Positions 60,682-64,000 of a stretch of 64,000 bases of DNA are shown here, one piece after another. Source of the DNA: Candidatus Binatia bacterium. GTDB taxonomy: Bacteria > Desulfobacterota > Binatia > HRBIN30 > BPIQ01. A model generated the notes under the pieces. The model searched no databases. It saw nothing but the letters and a program-made list of their open reading frames with translations, and had not been told where the DNA came from. Made by a program: the position numbers and the translations under genes. The stretch is from NCBI GenBank assembly GCA_026004195.1, contig BPIQ01000004.1:40923-104922 (forward strand), in the 5' to 3' direction. Positions within the stretch are counted from its first letter, which is position 1. Each line of letters begins with the position of its first letter.

Positions 60682-61959
60682 TCAGCGGCCGGAGCGCGAG
60701 AATTCGTTCGGAAAGCCGAAGTGCTCTTGCGCGACCGAAGACGCACGGTCGACGTGTTCCTCGGGAACGAAAACGTAGAACCGCCAGAGTTCTTCGTACC
60801 TCGCTTCGAGGGCCCGGATTTCCTCGAGACCTCGCTTGCGCTCGTTCAGGGGGAAGACCCCCGAGGGGGTTCGCACGAGTGCCGCCGCCTCCTTCATGAC
60901 CGTTCGGGCCGGGCAGTACACGATGACTTCCGCTTCCCGGCAGCCGACCTCCCGCGCGAGTTCCTTTTCGGTGCGCTGCCGTTCGGCACGGTCTTCGTGG
61001 AACCGGCGGACCAGCTCCTCGCGTGCCTCCGGCGGCACGTTCGCGCCGGAAAGCACGTAAGCCCTCTTGTAGAGCCTGCGTTCGAGGAGCGCTCGCGAAA
61101 GCCTTCGAAGGTCCGGGTCGGGACGGCGCGGGTCGGGAATTTCGGCGAGAGCCGAGAGGAGCGAAGCGTCGGTAGCCCCGAGGAGCTCCCGCTCGTCGAG
61201 CCTCCCGTACCCTTGCGCGATTTCCACGGCTTTCGAGACCATGGCTCCCGCCGCCACCTTCGTGTGGTGGTAGTAGACCCGCTCGCTCAGAAAGTACCGG
61301 GTCCGGAGGAGCTGGATGCATTCCGAGCGAGCGTCCGGCCTTTCCATCCCGTGCTTGGACATGTCGAGCGCGAGGCGTCCACGCTCGAGGCAGAAATAGC
61401 GGAAGACCCGGTCGTCGTAGGACTGGGCGAGGCCCGAAAAATAGGCATCGCGTCTCAGGTAGTCGAGGAGATCGGCGTCGACCGTGCTCGAGACGACGTC
61501 GCGGAGCCACGCGGGCACCTCGCCGTCTCCGACCCCGAGAATGGAGGCGACGGGCTCCTCGAAACCCGACCGCCGCAGCTCTTCCCCGACTCCGCCCGAA
61601 AGCACCTGCCCGAGGCGCGTGCCTCTGTCGTGCCGGGGGAAAAGCCTCCGCTCGTCCTCGAGCGTGTGGCCGAAGGGCACGTGCGTCACGTCGTGCAAGA
61701 GGGCGGCGATCCCGAGCGCCGTCTCGAGCTCCGCCGAGATGCGCGCCCCCTTGCGTCGCAGCTCGGTGACGATGCGGTGGGCAAGGTGGCACGTCCCGAG
61801 CGAATGCTCGAAGCGGGTGTGCGTGCAACCGGGGTAGACGAGGTACGCCGTGCCGAGCTGTTTGATTCCACGCAGCCGCTGCACCTCCGGCGTGTCGAGG
61901 ATTCTCCGCTCCGGTTCCGAGACTTCCACGTCTCCGTGAACCGGATCCCTGACGACCAT
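60682..61959 (-). CDS. HD-domain phosphohydrolase (dNTP triphosphohydrolase/SAMHD1-like)
   Basis: MVVRDPVHGDVEVSEPERRILDTPEVQRLRGIKQLG ... RFEHSLG ... LLHDVTHVPFGH ... DADLLDYLRRD. Confidence 0.85.
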   Translation of the reverse strand: MVVRDPVHGDVEVSEPERRILDTPEVQRLRGIKQLGTAYLVYPGCTHTRFEHSLGTCHLAHRIVTELRRKGARISAELETALGIAALLHDVTHVPFGHTLEDERRLFPRHDRGTRLGQVLSGGVGEELRRSGFEEPVASILGVGDGEVPAWLRDVVSSTVDADLLDYLRRDAYFSGLAQSYDDRVFRYFCLERGRLALDMSKHGMERPDARSECIQLLRTRYFLSERVYYHHTKVAAGAMVSKAVEIAQGYGRLDERELLGATDASLLSALAEIPDPRRPDPDLRRLSRALLERRLYKRAYVLSGANVPPEAREELVRRFHEDRAERQRTEKELAREVGCREAEVIVYCPARTVMKEAAALVRTPSGVFPLNERKRGLEEIRALEARYEELWRFYVFVPEEHVDRASSVAQEHFGFPNEFSRSGR

Positions 61960-62016
61960 GACCCCAGGCTAGCGCGACTTGCCCCCGGAGACGAGGGGTG
62001 GTTCCATGAGGGGCGC

Positions 62017-62856
62017 ATGACGCCCCGGAGCTCGACCGTTCTGCTCCTCTGCTGCGCGCTCCTGGCGTGCGGGCCGCAGCCGCGGGTTCCCCGCGGGCCC
62101 GGCTCCGCGCCCCCCGGGAACGAAGCGAAGTCTTCGGGGCCGAGCTTTTGCCCGTCGCGCTCCGCCGTCGTCGAAATCCCGCTCGTCTCCTGCCGCGAGG
62201 CCAACCGGCTCGCGATCCAGACGGTGAAGCGTCTCGGGTTCCGGATCGTCGAGGCGCGCAAGGCCGAACCCGGAAGTCCGGGCGCGATCGTCGGGGAAAA
62301 CTCCGGCGAAAAAAGTTCCGCCCGGGTCGAGGTACGGTGTTCCGAGAAGGGAGCGGTGCTCGAAGCGACGAGCCGGGAGAGCTGCACGCGGCAGCTTTCC
62401 TTTCCGTCCCGCTTCCGCGAAGCCTACGACGCCGTGGTGTCCGCGCGGCGGGCCTCGGCCGCGCGCGAAAAGGAAAGCCGCCCGCAAAGCGGCCTTCTGA
62501 TCGACTTGCGACCCGTGCGAAACGGCCGGGAGGAATGGGCCTCTCTGGGCCTCATGGCCGTGCGCCTCGAGGTCGAAAACCGCACCGACCGGTCTTATGT
62601 CTTCGACCCGGCGAGGGTTTCTTTCTACCCGGAGGCCGGCTCCAGGGTACGGCCGTTGTCCGTCGAGGAGGTTTCGCGAAAGCTCGGGACGGAAAAGGCA
62701 GCCGTCACGACGGGTGCCCTCCGGAAGAGCCGCATCCCACCCGCAGGCCGGCTCGAAGGGTATCTCTTCGTTCCACGGTTCGCCTACCGCAAGGTGAGGC
62801 TCATGCTCGAGGACGAAGAGTCGGGAGAGTCGGAAGGGTACACGAAGAGCTTCTGA
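62017..62856 (+). CDS. Hypothetical lipoprotein
   Basis: ATG 62017; lipobox CCALLACG; 279 aa; no family recognised. Confidence 0.6.
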   Translation: MTPRSSTVLLLCCALLACGPQPRVPRGPGSAPPGNEAKSSGPSFCPSRSAVVEIPLVSCREANRLAIQTVKRLGFRIVEARKAEPGSPGAIVGENSGEKSSARVEVRCSEKGAVLEATSRESCTRQLSFPSRFREAYDAVVSARRASAAREKESRPQSGLLIDLRPVRNGREEWASLGLMAVRLEVENRTDRSYVFDPARVSFYPEAGSRVRPLSVEEVSRKLGTEKAAVTTGALRKSRIPPAGRLEGYLFVPRFAYRKVRLMLEDEESGESEGYTKSF

Positions 62857-62871
62857 GCCCTTCGGGCTTCC

Positions 62872-63081
62872 CTATTTCTTCGCTTCCTCGCCGAGGTGAG
62901 TCGCCCCCTCGGTCACGGGCTTCTCGGCGACCTGCTGGTAGAGCTCTTCGCGAAGAACTCGGATTTCGGGTGGAGCTTCGATCCCGAGGCGGATCTGGTT
63001 TCCACGGACCTCCACCACCTGAATCCGGATGGAATCTCCGATCCGGATCGACTGCCCTAGTTTTCTCGTCAGTACTAGCAT
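62872..63081 (-). CDS. csrA: Carbon storage regulator CsrA
   Basis: MLVLTRKLGQSIRIGDSIRIQVVEVRGNQIRLGIEAPPEIRVLREELY, canonical, with a C-terminal extension of about 20 aa. Confidence 0.92.
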   Translation of the reverse strand: MLVLTRKLGQSIRIGDSIRIQVVEVRGNQIRLGIEAPPEIRVLREELYQQVAEKPVTEGATHLGEEAKK

Positions 63082-63306
63082 CATGCACCTCGGTCGTTCG
63101 CAGGAACTCCTGCCCGGGGCTCGTTGCAGGCCATAGGGGGCCACTTGCGGCGTACACCCATCGCTCCTCTCCCAGCCATTCGGAACCGCGGAGGGTTCCC
63201 GCCTGAATCAACCGATCCAGAGTATGACCTTTCCGTCACCGAGGCACAAGAGCCTTTTCGCCACCCGGGGGAGAACAGGTGCTTCTTCTCCCGGAACCGA
63301 GGACCG

Positions 63307-64000
63307 TCAAAAAAGACACTCCCAGGCCTCCTGCAGGGTCCGAACCCCGCGGAGCTCGATCCCCGGAGGCCGAACGAGCTGTTCGAGGGACGCCACGGGT
63401 AGAACGCACCGCCGGAAGCCCAGGGCAGCCGCTTCGCGAATCCGAGCCTCGGCATCCCCGATGGCACGTACCTCCCCCGCGAGGCCCACTTCCCCGAGGA
63501 CGACGGTGGAAGCCTCGACGGGGCGGTCGAGAAAACTCGACACAAGGGCGGCCACGACTCCCAGGTCCGAGGCGGGCTCGTCGATTCGAACCCCGCCCGC
63601 CACGTTGACGAAAATGTCGTGCCCCGCGAGCTGCAACCCGAGTTTTTTCTCCACGAGTGCGGTGAGAACGGCCACCCGGTTCGGATCGAGACCCAGGGTG
63701 GCCCGCCGGGGAGTACCGAGCGCGCTCGCCGAAACGAGGGCTTGGATTTCGACCAGGATAGGACGCGTACCTTCCACGGTCGCCACGACGACCGACCCGG
63801 GCACGCCAACGGGTCTCTGGGCGAGAAAGAGCGCCGAGGCGTTCGACACGCCCACGAGACCCTTTTCGGTCATCTCGAACACTCCCACCTCGTTCGTCGA
63901 CCCGTAGCGGTTCTTCACGGCCCGCAGAATGCGGTAAGGCTGCCCTCGCTCTCCTTCGAAGTACAGCACCGTGTCGACCAGATGCTCGAGCGTCCTGGGT
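63307..64000 (-). CDS. radA: DNA repair protein RadA/Sms, C-terminal part (gene continues past the right edge)
   Basis: RILRAVKNRYGSTNEVGVFEMTEKGL (KNRFG motif) and the Lon-like C-domain DLGVVAALVSS...GEVGLAGEVR. Confidence 0.9.
   Translation of the reverse strand, partial: PRTLEHLVDTVLYFEGERGQPYRILRAVKNRYGSTNEVGVFEMTEKGLVGVSNASALFLAQRPVGVPGSVVVATVEGTRPILVEIQALVSASALGTPRRATLGLDPNRVAVLTALVEKKLGLQLAGHDIFVNVAGGVRIDEPASDLGVVAALVSSFLDRPVEASTVVLGEVGLAGEVRAIGDAEARIREAAALGFRRCVLPVASLEQLVRPPGIELRGVRTLQEAWECLF

Noticed and set aside
60682-61959. HD-domain dNTPase considered as a stand-alone anti-phage defence gene
   Set aside because: The context is ordinary housekeeping (LMW-PTP, SDR, lipoprotein, csrA, radA). 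There are no mobile-element or defence-island hallmarks, and this family is widely conserved as a core gene.

Overview
GC-rich bacterial chromosomal window with strong GC3 codon bias. Lipoboxes, Tat/Sec signals and two DUF1302-type outer-membrane proteins point to a Gram-negative cell plan. The lineage is probably uncultivated and deltaproteobacteria-like or Binatota-like, but that is a weak inference. No search was run: every family name below comes from motifs I recognise in the translations. I support about 55 genes. Housekeeping genes include groES-groEL (preceded by two DUF507 genes), an lrp-like gene fused to gltB-gltD, comM/yifB, a dinG-like helicase, an otsA-otsB fusion, an MscS channel, csrA and radA (partial, right edge). 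Metabolic genes include aldehyde:ferredoxin oxidoreductase, acyl-CoA ligase, ACAD, two SDRs, AKR, MOSC, an alkyl-DHAP-synthase-like FAD oxidase, sulfatase, sulfotransferase, dienelactone hydrolase and two VOC proteins. A DUF1302-BNR-RND envelope operon sits at the left edge. The stand-out region is 31.6-38.5 kb on the minus strand. There, an AT-rich promoter island with an 18-bp tandem repeat precedes a giant surface-protein gene. That gene encodes two copies of a 10-Cys domain I cannot place, a 126-bp TPTVTE repeat array, a DUF11-like domain and a sorting-signal-like tail, and its reading frame is broken twice. Next comes a matrixin-like metalloprotease with a roughly 690-aa Thr/Pro stalk built from 726/702-bp near-identical units. 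A third Thr/Pro-linked secreted protein at 50.2-51.0 kb carries a clean dockerin-like pair and two 8-Cys modules. Together these suggest an uncharacterised cell-surface assembly or adhesion module, which is inference only. Most other long ORFs in the six-frame track are alternative-frame or antisense artefacts typical of high-GC DNA. I found no tRNA, rRNA, CRISPR array, transposase or integrase.
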